Source: Octopus bimaculoides
Taxonomy: Eukaryota
DNA length: 64,000 nt
Direction: 5' to 3'
NCBI RefSeq assembly: GCF_001194135.2
Contig: NC_068985.1
Location: 82,485,319 to 82,549,318, forward strand
Part shown: in pieces, positions 27,143 to 40,589 of the stretch
How the letters are laid out: each line of letters starts with the position of its first letter
How positions within the stretch are numbered: the stretch's first letter is position 1
Translations under genes and position numbers: made by a program
The notes under the pieces: model-generated
What the model was told of the DNA's origin: nothing
The model's input: only the letters and a program-made list of their open reading frames with translations
The model's database searches: none

Positions 27143-27450
27143 CTTACTACGACCTGCTGAAAATTTCCTCGAATTATTTCTAAGTGAACTTTCATGATTT
27201 GCTATTCTTTCTTTTATGAAGCTTGAGCTAGCTCCTATATAGTAATATTTATTTGTATCTGTTGTTACTGCACATCTATAGACATTGTTTTTTTATTCTA
27301 CAATTATTTTAAAATTTGCATTGTGTTCTTCTAGCATAACCACATTTTCTATGTACCAAACTATCTACAGCTTCATCAGATTTTATAATGTTCGTGCTCG
27401 TTTTCTATTTTTGCTGATGATTTTTATTATTACCAATATCATTTTCAGAT
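27143..27450 (-). mobile_element. Second Penelope-like GIY-YIG fragment, of a different subtype
   Basis: 27286-27143 reads NVYRCAVTTDTNKYYYIGASSSFIKERIANHESSLRNNSRKFSAGRSK (VY...YIG, R, NH). After a one-base frameshift in a homopolymer run it is preceded by the Cys-rich RKCGYARRTQCKF*NNCRIK. Confidence 0.75.
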
Positions 27451-27545
27451 AATAATAATTATCATTATTATTTTCATTTTCATTGCTCTTTCTAGTCAAC
27501 ATATGTGTCTGTCTTTTACTTTAATATCTATGGAATTACAGACCT

Positions 27546-27581
<36 letters not shown>

Positions 27582-27583
<2 letters not shown>

Positions 27584-27938
27584 TTTTACTTATTTCAGTT
27601 ATTTGACTGTACCCATGCTGGAATACTGCCTTTAGTCAAACAAATTGACCCCAGGATTTATTCTTTGTAAGCCTAGTACTTATTCTGTTGGTCTTCTTTT
27701 GCTGAACCACTAAGTTACAGAGACATAAAGACACCAACATCGGTTGTCAAGCAATGGGGTGAGGCAAATACAGACACAAATACATATGTATATATATGAT
27801 GGCCTTCTTTCAGTTTCCATCTTCCAAATCCACTCACAAGGCTTTGGTCAGCCCGAGGCTATAGTAGAAGACACTTGCCCAAGGTGCCACACAGTCATAC
27901 TGAACCCAGAACCATGTACTTAGGGAGCAAGCTTCTTG
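27582..27938 (-). mobile_element. Family A SINE, near full length, best-preserved copy
   Basis: Complete motif series: ttcagttatttgactg...aagcctagtacttattct...catcggttgtcaagc...ggctttggtcagcccgaggctatagtagaagacacttgcccaaggtgcca...ctgaacccagaacc. It lies next to a (TA)n tract. Confidence 0.85.
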
Positions 27939-29095
27939 CCTGTTTGCACAACTGTTGAATATTTTGGCATTGGTAATAACATTTTGCACATTTTGATATC
28001 TTTCAATTAATAGAACACATGTTTTACAACATAAACGCTTTTATCTACATATAAATCTCTAAAGGCACAACAGCTGTCATATTAAATAACTAAAAAAGAT
28101 AACAAAGAAAAACATTTTATACTATAAATATATTTTCTTGAATTAAAATAACTGTGAAGTATGTAGTATAACAATTTGGTCTCAGTTGATATCACCTTGC
28201 ACAAAGAACTGATTTTCATCTTCAGTAGTAAGCATTTCTTGCTCTATTCATCTTTTATTTCTTTAGCATGATTTTTAGCACATTTTATGTTCAATATTCA
28301 TCTATTCTGAGACAGCTGCTATACATTAAATTCCTAGTTTCCATGTGCTTTGCTCTTATTTGTATTTTCTCCATTTGAAAGTCATGACTTGTTTTTATCA
28401 GCTTCTTTAAGCTAATAATTTACAGAAAGGCTTACTTATTAATCATGGTACATAGTTACCATTTACAGTGAACAAATCACATTTAAAAAAAAATTTTAAC
28501 CAGGTTTTCCTTTTTGTTTATTCATTTCCAAAAATTTATCTTATCGAATACATTGTTTTAAGAATGGAAGAATTTACTGAATATTAAATCCTATTTTTAT
28601 ATCATTTGGTAAATAAAATTCCTTTAAGTGAAATTTAGAATGAAAGATTAAAACTATCAACTGATTATTCAATTTGTGATCATACTCACATTTTACCATA
28701 ACTCAATGAGCTTTCTAATTTTTCTTTATAATTATTTGTGCAGGATCCATACTTGTAACTAATTTATTTTAATGTTATAAGACTCAGATAAAGCGTATCA
28801 TACTTATCCGTTGTAGCTGTCTAGAATCAGATTTGGATAAATTCTGATAAAATAGAGAAGGGAATAAAAATAAATATCTCTGATCTAATTTCTTAATGTG
28901 TTATTTTAAGCAATAATCATTAAAGAACTGTATTATTGCATTTATTGAATTTGCCTCTCTTGTATTCAAATTTATTTGTATTTTCCTTCCATTTGTTTCC
29001 TTTACTTAAAAGGCCTTTAATCTAACACATAATAAATGCAATTTAATTATGAGACTGTCTCTCTACAAAGAAACCTTATATATATATATATATAT

Positions 29096-29149
29096 NNNNN
29101 NNNNNNNNNNNNNNNNNNNNNNNNNNNNNNNNNNNNNNNNNNNNNNNNN
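29096..29149. other. Assembly gap within a (TA)n tract
   Basis: Run of N bases. Confidence 0.99.
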
Positions 29150-30046
29150 TATATATATAAATATATACATACATACACATTTATTCTGTGATTCTCTAGG
29201 ATATCTACAGCAGAATATAATTGTTGATGTGATGCAAGAAAGACCTGTTTTTAAATAGATAATGTTATTTTTGTTGCATCTAACTGAAATAATTTATTTT
29301 ATTGATAATTACTGTTCATTTTAAAATCTAAAAACCCCAGTTTTCTGTTATAAATAACTAGTATTTCATTCTGTAATAAGTGGTAGGCTACTGAAATTCA
29401 AAACCTAAAACTGGAACTAGAAAATTTTCATTACCATAAGAAAATAATCAGGATTCCAAACCATATTTCTAGTAATTGATGACAGATACTTCACCATGAT
29501 AAGGTATGACAGCAGTAGACATGGTGGAAATAAAGACACTGACTAGTGGTGCTAAAAGCAGAACATAAAAAAAATGAAGCTATTATTAATGTCATTATGA
29601 TTTATTTTGCTGTATATGAGTACTTAAACAAATATCTTACCATAATTATAATTAAAGAATACTTGAGTTGTTATATGATTAATTTGATAATAATTTTAGG
29701 TAGGATTAATCAGTTTAAGTTTGGTAATTAGAGATGATCTTTTAAGGTTCATGTATATAATTCTTCAAGGAGAAAATTTTGATTCACTTAATGATGGATA
29801 AATGCTTTGTCCATTGGTACAATATATATATCAATGTTTTAATGTATATATAATATAAATTGCCAGTTAAGATTTAATATCTTAATAATGAGTCATATAG
29901 ACATAACTCTGTTATATATTACTAAGTGAAGAACTAAAATGATGGCACAAAGTTGCTTTATGGTATTTTATTTGGATCACAATTTTGATTGCAAGTCTCT
30001 CTTGTATTAGTCTCTGCATACAGAAATGGTTTTTGATGAGAGCAAA

Positions 30047-30047
<1 letters not shown>

Positions 30048-30089
<42 letters not shown>

Positions 30090-30120
30090 NNNNNNNNNNA
30101 GAGAGAGAGAGAGAGAGAGA
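30048..30120. repeat. (GT)n-(GA)n compound microsatellite containing a 10-N gap (30090-30099)
   Basis: Seen directly in the sequence. Confidence 0.95.
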
Positions 30121-31249
30121 GTTTCAAAATAGAATTTCTTTGGATTTTACTGTTTGGTTAATCCAGAAATACTATGGGTGTTATATGTTACTCAACCTTG
30201 TTCCAAAATCAGTCTGGGTTACCAGTTGAGAATAATTGTGGTTAAATTGTATCAAAAATTTTTAAAGAAACCTGCTGATGTAGAAAAACATAAGCCAAAC
30301 GTCATATAAGTAGAGAGTAATCAGTCCTTTGGATGCCACATAGAAAAATTCAAATGAACAATCTGCTATGCTATGTATCTTTTGATGTCCTTGATCATAA
30401 ATAATACGAGCATTTTACTTTGATACTAATCAAAAGCACATCCAGATAAATGTGTTGGTTGTAGGCAATATTTCCTTCCATTCAATCTCAATCATCAATG
30501 TTACTAAAATAGCTGCTTTCAGTCATGGAGTTAAATATGCATATTCAGTGATTTTCTGTTCTACTTATTTAGAAGGAAACCGGATTATGCCAGTCTCTGA
30601 GAGAGAAACATAGGCAAAACAATATATACAAAATTACAAACGTCTATTATGGTATTTTTCTCTGAATTTTATGGTCTGGTGGATATTTTTAATCTGCAGG
30701 CCAATTCTTGAAGTTAGTTCTCAGTTGAATAGTACATCACTCTGAATATGAGTTTTAGTGGGTTCATTTTTCTACAAGAAACCTTTCCAGTGCTAACAAA
30801 ACAATAGTATTTGAATATCGACGATATCAACATTATTCACTTGAGCGCTATAATCATTCTAGGGGAATGTGTGGTCATTTAATATAAAGGTGACTTGTAC
30901 ATGGTAGCATCTCAGATTTATGGAGAGCAGCCTTTATGTTTTTGATTTTAGTTTTATTTGATCATTCACAAAAAATATGTATAACGATAACATGTTAAAC
31001 CCGAATAAAAAATAATTTTTCTTTTATTTATTTGAAGAGTTAGAAGTGTGTAGTGTTAGAAATATATACATAGATATTGAGAAAACATCATGAGCCATAT
31101 CTGTATTATCATTTATTTTAATAAGACACAAGAGATGTTAGAGTTTGAAGCTTTTGTTTTGGTTGGAGTGCAATAGGATTATCAAAAGGTGATGTGTTTT
31201 TATGAAATAAATTAAAGCAGTAATTAAGGGCTAGAGACTTTCAGTAACA

Positions 31250-31390
31250 TTGAATCGGGCAATAAGTTGGTAGCTTAATGCTGTATGGATTTAGTTGTGC
31301 CCTGTACATTGAGTTCAAATCTTGCCAGAATAGAGTTTATTTTTTATTTCTCTGGAGTTAAGATAACTATCAGTAAATATATCAGTTGGG
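31250..31390 (+). mobile_element. Family B SINE fragment
   Basis: Reads cattgagttcaaatcttgcc...ggagttaagataactatcagt, similar to the other family B copies. Confidence 0.4.
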
Positions 31391-31396
31391 CCTCAA

Positions 31397-31817
31397 GGAG
31401 GCAAAGTGGCTGAGTTCCTTTTGAGCATTGAGCCTCATGGAGGCAAAGTGGCTGAGTTCCTTTCAAGCATTGAGCCTCACAGAGGCAAAATGGCTGAGTT
31501 CCTTTTGTGTGTTGAGCTTCATGGAGGCAATAACTGAGACCTTTGGCATTATGTCGTGCTTAAGAAGAAGACCCATCAAGCCAAGCAAAATCGCAGCCGT
31601 GGCAGATACTGGTGTCAGGCAAATGGCACCTGTGCTGGTGACACGTAAAAGCACCCATTACACTCGTGGAGTGGTGGGAGTTAGGAAGGGCTTCCAGCCA
31701 TAGAAATCCATGCCAAATCAGACTGGAGTCTGGTGCAGCCTTCCAGCTTACTAGCCCTGGTCAAACTGTCCTACCCATGCCAGCATGGACAATGGACATT
31801 AAATGATGATGATGATT
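31397..31817 (+). mobile_element. Family C (GAT)n-tailed retroposon with a 42-bp tandem array at its 5' side
   Basis: Units of ggaggcaaagtggctgagttccttttgagcattgagcctcat start at 31397, 31439, 31481 and 31523 (the last is partial). They are followed by gacacgtaaaagcaccc...ttaggaagggc...ccatgccagcatgg...attaaatgatgatgatgat. Confidence 0.8.
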
Positions 31818-32149
31818 CCTTTGAAAATTAGTATTTTTGGCTAGACAGAAGTCTATGTTACTTAAAATATATTAACGTGTTAAATATCAAGAATATTAAT
31901 TTCCATAGGGTTGTTTATTTATATAGTGAACTAACATACATCAATTTCTGATTAGCTTGAGATTTCACTAAAAAGTTCTCTCTTCTTTGTTTTTCTTTCT
32001 ATTCCTTTATGCTATTTGTAAGATAAAAAGTCATAACTCTTCTCACCTAAAGTTATTCCCATGACCATTGCTAACTTTCTATTTTACTAATTGTTTTTTA
32101 TGAAAGCAACAGAAGAGTAACTAATATTGTTTTCAAGTTATGGCACAAG

Positions 32150-32305
32150 GCCAGCAAATTTTGAGGAAGGAGTAAGTCAATTACATCAAATTCAGTGCTC
32201 AACTGGTACTTATTTATTTCAACCTTGTCATAATTTGAACTCGGGATATAAAGATTGACAAAATGCCACTAAACATTTTACCTGATATGGTAATGATTCT
32301 GCCTG
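32150..32305 (-). mobile_element. Family B SINE
   Basis: Reads ggcacaaggccagcaaattt...caactggtacttattt...atttgaactcggg...atgattctgcc. Confidence 0.55.
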
Positions 32306-33991
32306 CTTGTTGTGTTAGAAGAACAAGTAATACTGAAATCTCTTCATATATTTTGACTTAGTATATCTAATCCAACTGTATCATTTATGAAATTTTTTTA
32401 AAGAAAATGTATTTGTATATTTTATCTGATATTTTATATATCAAATAAAAATATATGAAATAATACTTAATATTTGATATATTAAGTAGTATTTGATATA
32501 TTTTATATCACAGATAAAATATTTGAAATACTACTTAATATTTGAGTTTGTCTCCAAAATACCAGATTTTCTCTCTTACAATAAATTTCTTGAGGAAGAA
32601 AATAACACAAAATATGAAAATCTTCACGGTCAGTTGCATAATTATTAATGTGTCAAATTGACCAAACTAGTATCTTATCTGCTTCACGGTAGGTAGACAG
32701 CCTTCGGTTTACACTATACATTACTAATATAGATGTAAAACAAAAGAAAAAGAAAATGAATAAATAAAAAAAACAAACAAACAAAAGACAAACATTTCTA
32801 TTTTGTGTTGTATGTTAGCTTTGAGCATATGAACTAAATTAAACATTCAATGGATAAATTTGATTAAACTTTCTGCATCACTGGAGGCTGATTCTTTAAT
32901 CATTAAGAATGTAAAGTGTCTTTAGTGTTCTTAAAAATCTCTATATCTATATAGATAACTTCTTTTGCTTAAGGAAACATTTTTATTACATTTCTTATAA
33001 ATCAATTTAAAGAGCAAAAGAAAAAAAAAAGAATCTCTAAATTCCAAAAAGAACCTTTTAATAAAAGAATCATAAAAGAATGTTTCTTTTTCAGGTAAAA
33101 GAAATTTAAAGAAATAGATACAATAATAAAGGAAAATAAAAACAACAACAACAACAAAGACTGTGACATAGAATTCACTGATTTTTGTTAACTTGATTAA
33201 TAGACTCCCTGGTTAGATGAATAATTTGTTTTCTGCTATGTTGTTTTTGATATTTTCTCAGAATACAGGATTTTTAAGAACTTACTATTCATACAAACCT
33301 GATCATTTTTTCTACTTAAAAATATATGTGTTCATCTATGAATTAATAATCTTTGTTATTATTTGAAAAGAAATTGCTCTTACCTATAGTTTTCAATTAA
33401 TATTTACTATAAGCATGACAACTTTATATGAGAAAATTGTTTAATATAGATATTTACTCAGTATGCTATTGGGACTTCCTGCTAACTTGTTATAAATGGC
33501 AGACAGAGATATATTTTTTACTATAGTTCTCCTGAACAATTTAGTTATTTCAAATTAGAATATTTAGAGTTATATTTGATAGATCAAAATCTTTACTCTT
33601 AAATAAATTCAAAAGAAATAGGGCACAACCTGTGTCTAATTGTTATCCTCTGTTTTGTCATATAAAGAAAATTTAAAAAGAAAAGAAATTATATTACAAC
33701 TGTAGGCATGTTCTTGAATTATGTGCATGATGCACTATTTCAGTTTCATTACAAGAAAATTGAAGTAGTTATTTGCATAGATTTAAAAAAACAAATCTAT
33801 GAGGTGGAAGCTAAGTTTTTCAAGACTGATTTTTTAAAACAAAATACTTGGTAAAACACAGATGGGTGTATTTAAGAAATATACCAGTTTCCCTACATTG
33901 GAATATTACTATCATATGTTGGACAGTGCTGCTTTTGCAATAGAGTCTCTCACAGACACACTCCAGCATCTGACCCACAAAGTATGTTGTC

Positions 33992-33994
<3 letters not shown>

Positions 33995-34043
<49 letters not shown>
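33995..34043. repeat. (CT)n microsatellite
   Basis: Seen directly in the sequence. Confidence 0.95.
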
Positions 34044-34044
<1 letters not shown>

Positions 34045-36026
34045 CTACTTCTGCTTCTCAGAGCTGGTTAAGCTCACATTACCTCCACTCAGACATTTCT
34101 GTCTCATTCACATGTCTTCCACTCATCACCCATGTGCCCAACTTCCCACTCAAGGCTCTACACTAGTCCCTCTGCTCAGTTCTTCCTTCCCTAAATAAGA
34201 ACCCTCTGGAATTCTATGTCTGCTCATATCTTTCCTGCAGACATTGAATTGCAAAGGTCCTAGAACAACATTAATGGTATTAGTCTCACTCAAGGCCTGC
34301 AAGGGCCATGGGCATTACACCTTCCTTTAGACCCTACAAGTAAAACAAAAAGCCCTACCAAGATTTCAGTAAGATACATCACAATATTATATCTAACCAG
34401 GGCTTCTAATTTGCAGACAGTTCATTAATCTATCTGTACAGGATAACTCTATAAACAGTGGCAGCACTGTAAAACTAAACTGTGGTTAATTAGCTCACAG
34501 GGATGACTTCTACTCATGCTGGTGTAGCCAGAAGAGTTAGAACCGAGTGATGTCTCTTAGAATCCAATAATGTTATTCATCCACTGATGGATACCTCTGA
34601 ACTGAAAACATGAAGAAGCTATTTAATCAGACAATAGATAAATTAATGTGGAAACTACGATACTGGCGCATAAGTGGAATCCTACCAGCATTAGCACACA
34701 CCCATTTCATATCTATCTTAAATAGATATGTTTGAATACATGGTTTTACCTCTGCATGTTGAATGATCAATAATAGTAACGCTATTTAATCATTAGTCAT
34801 CTTTAATGTTAGGCAGATATTTCCAAAATCTGTTGGTTATGTTTCAGAATTCATATAAACATCTTAATTGCAAATACTATCCAACTGATTCTCCCAAATA
34901 CTTTTTCTATGCCTTTGAAAATAAGCTTATATTAGTAAAATATATTTACACATATCGTTGTCATTCTTGGAAGAAATATCTGAGAAAGAAGTACTGACAG
35001 CTTGAATTTGTTTATGGTGGATCTTAACTCACCAGGGATTGATGAACCTATGATTTCAGAAGCATTATCTGTAGTACATGTGGAATCAGCCAGATGATAA
35101 AATTGCAATGGACTGCTTCTTAGTTGAATATAGTCTTTTGTGGCATTTTCTTAGCCAGTCTCTCTGGTGTTGCTCTATTTCACATGCATGCATGCATGCA
35201 CACACACACACACACACACACATGGGCATGTCACTGCCTTGTGAGTGAAATTGTTAGGCAGAAAATATATGGAAGCCAATTGTATATATAGCTATATAAA
35301 TATGTGTGCCTCTTTGCACCATAGGCCAGCACATAGCCTCCAGATCTTAAAATTATTGTTGAGTAATTGCTTGACGTGGTCAGTGTATTTATAAAATTTC
35401 TTCCAACAAACAACCTACCAATATTTAGGAATTAAAACATACCATGTTTGAGTTCCTAAATCTTACAACATGTTTTGAGGTTAGTATAGAGTAGAACGTT
35501 CCTAATTCATTAACCAACTATTTTTGGTGTTTTCTCAAACAAAAGTTATATAAATGTTGATTCATTTCTTCTCTCTGCACTTTTAAACCAAGTAATGCTA
35601 TACAAGGCCTTCTTAAGATCATTATAAGCCTCAGGCAAAGATTGCAGGCTCCTGGGCAACTGCCCTGTATTTCCATGCCTTAAGAAGGTGCTAAGGCCAT
35701 TCACTTTATACATTGACTGCAATTTTACAGTATAATTTTTTTTTTATCATTTAATTGAAAGTTATTTTTTAAAATTCAGGGCGTTTTCTTAGCTAACTAT
35801 TTTAAACTTTGCCCCTACTATTACTTCATTACATTACAGTAGATACATGCTCCTTCTTATTCCATACATTAACTAGAAAGATGAAATAAATTCACTTCTC
35901 ACAACCTTACAATTTAGTGATCAATCTTACTTCAGCTATCAGCAAATTCTTTCTTTATTTTTTCTTTTAAGTTTAGCTCTATGCTATTATCTCTTAACAT
36001 GGATGTTAAGTTAGAACACCGACTAT

Positions 36027-36296
36027 GGACCTCTCATGTGGATGCATGGTGCATAAAAGCACACATATGTATATCACTGGCAGATGAGAATCATCTACAA
36101 TGAGCATCCCATGAATTCTGTATATTGTCGATAGAGATTCAGCTGGTATGCAGCGAGTGGACACCTGTCATTGGATGAAACAAAATATGTCAAAATCACA
36201 TGATCTGTCAGTTTTGGCACCTGCAGCAGATAATTCTCATCTGCCAGTGTTATAAATAGTGTGTTTTTATGCATTGTGCATCCATATGAAAGGTCC
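36027..36296. mobile_element. MITE-like element of about 270 bp with terminal inverted repeats of about 65 bp
   Basis: 36027-36091 (ggacctctcatgtggatgcatggtgcataaaagcacac...cactggcagatgagaat) matches the reverse complement of 36233-36296 (ggacctttcatatggatgcacaatgcataaaaacacac...cactggcagatgagaat) at about 85%. Confidence 0.75.
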
Positions 36297-39200
36297 TCCT
36301 AAGGTAAATACTACAGTATTCAGTGTTCCAACATAACATCCATATTAAGCTGAATATAAAGATTGCCTTTTTTGTAATAATACTGCTTCTGTCACCAATA
36401 ATTATACTATTATTTCTGTTTTTTTGTAAACAACCTGAAATAAAGCATGCTATTGTATTGGTTTACTGATAAGCATTAACATGGTTTTATTGATGTTTTA
36501 TCAGTGACATGCGGAAATTAATAGAAACTTGTTCCTGATTCAGTATCTTCAACTAACATATATTGTTATAAATTAGTAAATATCTTTTTACTCATAATTG
36601 CAAAAGATATATTTATTCCTATGAACAATATAGCAGTTTAAAGACTTTTGTTTGTCAAAAACTGCAACTTCAGTATAAACAAGAATGAATTTATATAAGC
36701 AATTAATTTACAAAGGTCAGTAATTCTTTTATTTTGTAGTTACTTCTATCATGGATGTTTACAGAACATTCTATGTTCTTGAAAACAGATGTAAAGTTAA
36801 TAATCCAGGCCAGGAAATGGTGCGGATTCTTCACCCATTTTTTGTTTAAAAGTTCTGTGAAATTTCTAAATAGAATTTGAAAGCAGACTAAATTTCATGG
36901 TTTCTTTATCTTAACTCATATGAAGCTTTTTCCTTTAAAATCATTTGTTGTACATGTGCTGTTCTGTGAATTAGATTTTCACTGAGAAAAATCTATTCTA
37001 ATGTTGCATAACAATTAGAAAAGAAAAATATCACTTTGTTTCAAAAGTTGGTAGGTCAAGATATTTAGCACCGCTTTTGTAGTATTTTGTATCTTTTCTT
37101 TTTTTATTCCGAAATCTGTTATCATTTAAATATGTTGCTAGAAATAAGGCATAAAAGAATCCAGAGATGCAGTTTTCAGAAATATGACAGTGCTAATGAT
37201 GATATTTAAAAGATAATGGCAAATATTTTTTTATGCATAGCTGGGTATACATTTGAATGTATACTCATCATGGTATATAGATATACACATCTGTATGCAT
37301 GAGATATTCTAATGAAATAGCAGTTCATTCAAGATATCTTTCTGCAGCTTATTACTTTGAAAATTAATCTTTCTATGTCTATACAGAATTTCATGAAAGA
37401 CATAGAAAACCAACAAAAACTGATATAAGATAAAATGATTGGAACTTCAGGGACTTAGAAACATCAACTACAATAACTACAATATGATATTTCATAAATA
37501 TCTGTTGCAAAATTTTGAGTGATATATCACTTTAAGTTTTATGCTTCCTTTTGTTTGTGTTTGTATGTACTATTTATTTCTCTCTCTCTTTTTCTTTTTT
37601 TTTTTTTTTCACATTCTTATCAATATCTGAAGCTAGAATAGATTATTTTTGAATCCCATCATTTGGGATTTAGTGAGTAATTTTAATTTTCCTTTTTTTT
37701 TCTTTTTGTAGTTAGTATTTTTATTTATACATTTTGCTAATTTCCTGCATTTCATTATTTTTGTATTAAAGGTTTTGTATTTCACTTAAAACTCTTAGAG
37801 TGAATGAATTAATAAATAAAACACATCTTATTCTTTGACTGGATTGATTATATGCAGCTGATCAATAGAATACATGGTTAAATTTCCTATTTGTTACTTT
37901 AGAACTCTTATGAGACCCTAGTATGGCAACTTAAAATGTTATTGATGAAATATTTTTTTATGTAACTTCTTGTATGTTACTGGGGGTTTTTTGTACTAAT
38001 TTCTTTTTATTTATATTTTAAAATAACTTGGTTTGTGATTGCATTTCTTCAGGGACATTTCTATGTTAATTTGAATATAGATTTAAATTAATCCACAAAA
38101 TGATAAAAATCTATACACTGATGATGTGTATGAACTCAAACATTGTTTGAAGTGACTATTTTTATAATTACAAACCAAAAATACCTAGTCAAATTTTAAA
38201 ATATATTGCGATGTTTTTTTATTTGTTACATTAACTTAAAACTGTTTTTGTTGTTTAAATTCTTATATAAATATTATTTGTAGATAAATTTTCTGTAATT
38301 CTCTAATAAATAAATCTCATATTATTTAGAATTTTCAGCAGTTTCTTTCAATTTCTTACAGCATTCTTCAAGGTTTGTTGCAAAATTAAGCAATTGGGAA
38401 TTACCTTATCAACATTGTTTTAATATTCTTGTTTCTGTATCAAGAAATATATCTTTGAATCTTGGCTGCTTTGAGAAAATCAACTAAGCAACAACAGATC
38501 ATTTGTAAGAGGTTGGAAATGAATACCATTTAATCCATGTATAGTTATCAGAATGTATTTATGTGAAAAGATAAATATAAGTAGGAAGAACAGAATTTAC
38601 ATGTCTGATATTATTTTATTTAGAAGTTATACAATTGTATTTTGTGCTGTTTTACTAATTTATTTTTATTTTATTTGAAATTTCAAAATATAAAATAACA
38701 TTTTTACTTTTGTAAATTGATGGCATAACTTAAATTGAAAAAAAAAAAAAAGAGATACCTGCAGATAATGAATAATATCAAACTAATAGCAAATATCAAA
38801 ATACGTTAAATGGATAAGCAAAATTCATTGTATTATATTGTGTAATACAGCAGGAACTTCTAGTAAAATGGTTTGATAATTAAACATTGTGTAATAGAAT
38901 CTTTATAAATGCTGATTATTGAGAAAATTCTGTCAAGAGGTTATTTCAATTTCTATGGCTTCTTGAAAATAAAGAATGCACCTAAATTGGCTCATAGATC
39001 TTATAAGTGCAAAGCAAGAAAGAATAAGAATGTGAGCACAAAATCTTATGAAAACTTGTGTATGTGAATGTGTAAAGAAAGTTATATAAAGAATAGTCTT
39101 GGCATGCTTCACAGATATATGAAAGGCAAAATAAGAATTACTGTTAAGTTGGACTAACATTGTAGCATATACAGTGAAATTATAAAATATAAAACATGGG

Positions 39201-39374
39201 AAAAAGTCTTGCACATCAAATAATTGTGATGTAGCTTATTTCTATTTTATATAACAATGAAATGACTGACGGTGAATATTGAAAATTTAACACTTCTACT
39301 TGTTATGTATACATGTAATACTCATTTAAACAATAAAATACAAATATTGAGCTTTCTTCTAGAAAAGTTCCGTA

Positions 39375-39433
<59 letters not shown>

Positions 39434-40224
39434 GATGTGTGCTATATGCATATTATACAATATAAAATAGCTGAAAGAGAAAGATTATGATACAGCAGTG
39501 AAACAAAGGAGGCACATGAAAAAGTTAAATCAATTTTATCATTATTAATCTTGCATAGAAATTATGGCTAAATTAAAGTAGCAATAATCTATTATCTATA
39601 ATTTTTGCCTCTATATAACTAGTTTTTTGAATAGAATCAAAAATATAAGAATAATAATTTAATTTAAATCTCATGTAATATATTTCCTTTTTAAAATGAT
39701 TTTCTACTTCACTTGCTGAGCAATATTTGGTAGCATGACAATATAGGAACCAGATCTTCAAAACATTTCCCATTCTAGCGTGATTTAAAAAAAACTTCCC
39801 TATTTCACAGTAACTTCAAAAATGGAATGAATATGTTTAACGAATGTTTAATGTAGATATTAGTCAAGAAATTTAGAACTCCAACTTTTAAAAAATCTGT
39901 ACAAACCTCCAACTATTACAATGGACTGTAGCAGCAATTGTCAAATGGAAAAAGTTATGTTTTGTGTGTGTGTTTATTCTTATGTTGTGTGCCTTTATAT
40001 TCTATAAAATTAGTCGGTCAAGCGAAACTGATAAAATATGCACTAGGCTGAAATAAATACTGGTTACAAAATGACCAGCCAAAATCCTTCAAGTTGATAC
40101 CCCAGCATACCTGCAGTTCAGTGAATGAGACAAAAAATAAAAGAATACACACATAAACACACACACACTCACATTGCAAGCAACATATACTCTAATTTCC
40201 AAATATCATTAAAGAAAATATTTC

Positions 40225-40395
40225 GATGCACATAGTAGCTACAGGCATAGCTGAGTGATTAAGAAGTTCACTTCCTAGCTGCATGATTTCAGGTTTAGCT
40301 TCTTTGCACAGCACCTCAAGCAAATATTTTCTACCATAAACTCTAGACTGAATAAAGCCTTTGGAGAGAATCTGGTGGACTGGAACTGAAACAAG
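40225..40395 (+). mobile_element. Diverged family A SINE head
   Basis: Reads acaggcatagctgagtgattaagaagttcacttcc...gcacagcacctcaagcaaat...aaagcc...ggaactgaaacaagcc. Confidence 0.6.
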
Positions 40396-40589
40396 CCAGT
40401 GGATGGAACTTAGGGAAGAGGGAAAAACAATGAAAGAAATAGTGAAAGTGGAACTCAAAATGCTGAGTATTGCAGAGGAGATGACAAAGGACTAATTTGG
40501 TTGGAATTTCACTGTGCTTGAGAAAACCTGTCCATCAGTAAGAATGAAGTTCTAAACATGTTCTGTGCATGTGGCCCATCCTGTCTTGT

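Noticed and set aside
29473-29503. Exon candidate ending AAG|GTATGA (IDDRYFTMI)
   Set aside because: The acceptor has a poor pyrimidine tract, the length is 31 nt, and the peptide is unrecognised.
31397-31545. 42-bp repeats as a possible CRISPR array
   Set aside because: The repeats are contiguous with no unique spacers, there are no cas genes, and they lie inside a eukaryotic retroposon.
34575-34620. CTGATGG...GAAA hammerhead-like spacing
   Set aside because: A9 is missing, stem II does not pair, and there is no valid stem III or cleavage triplet.
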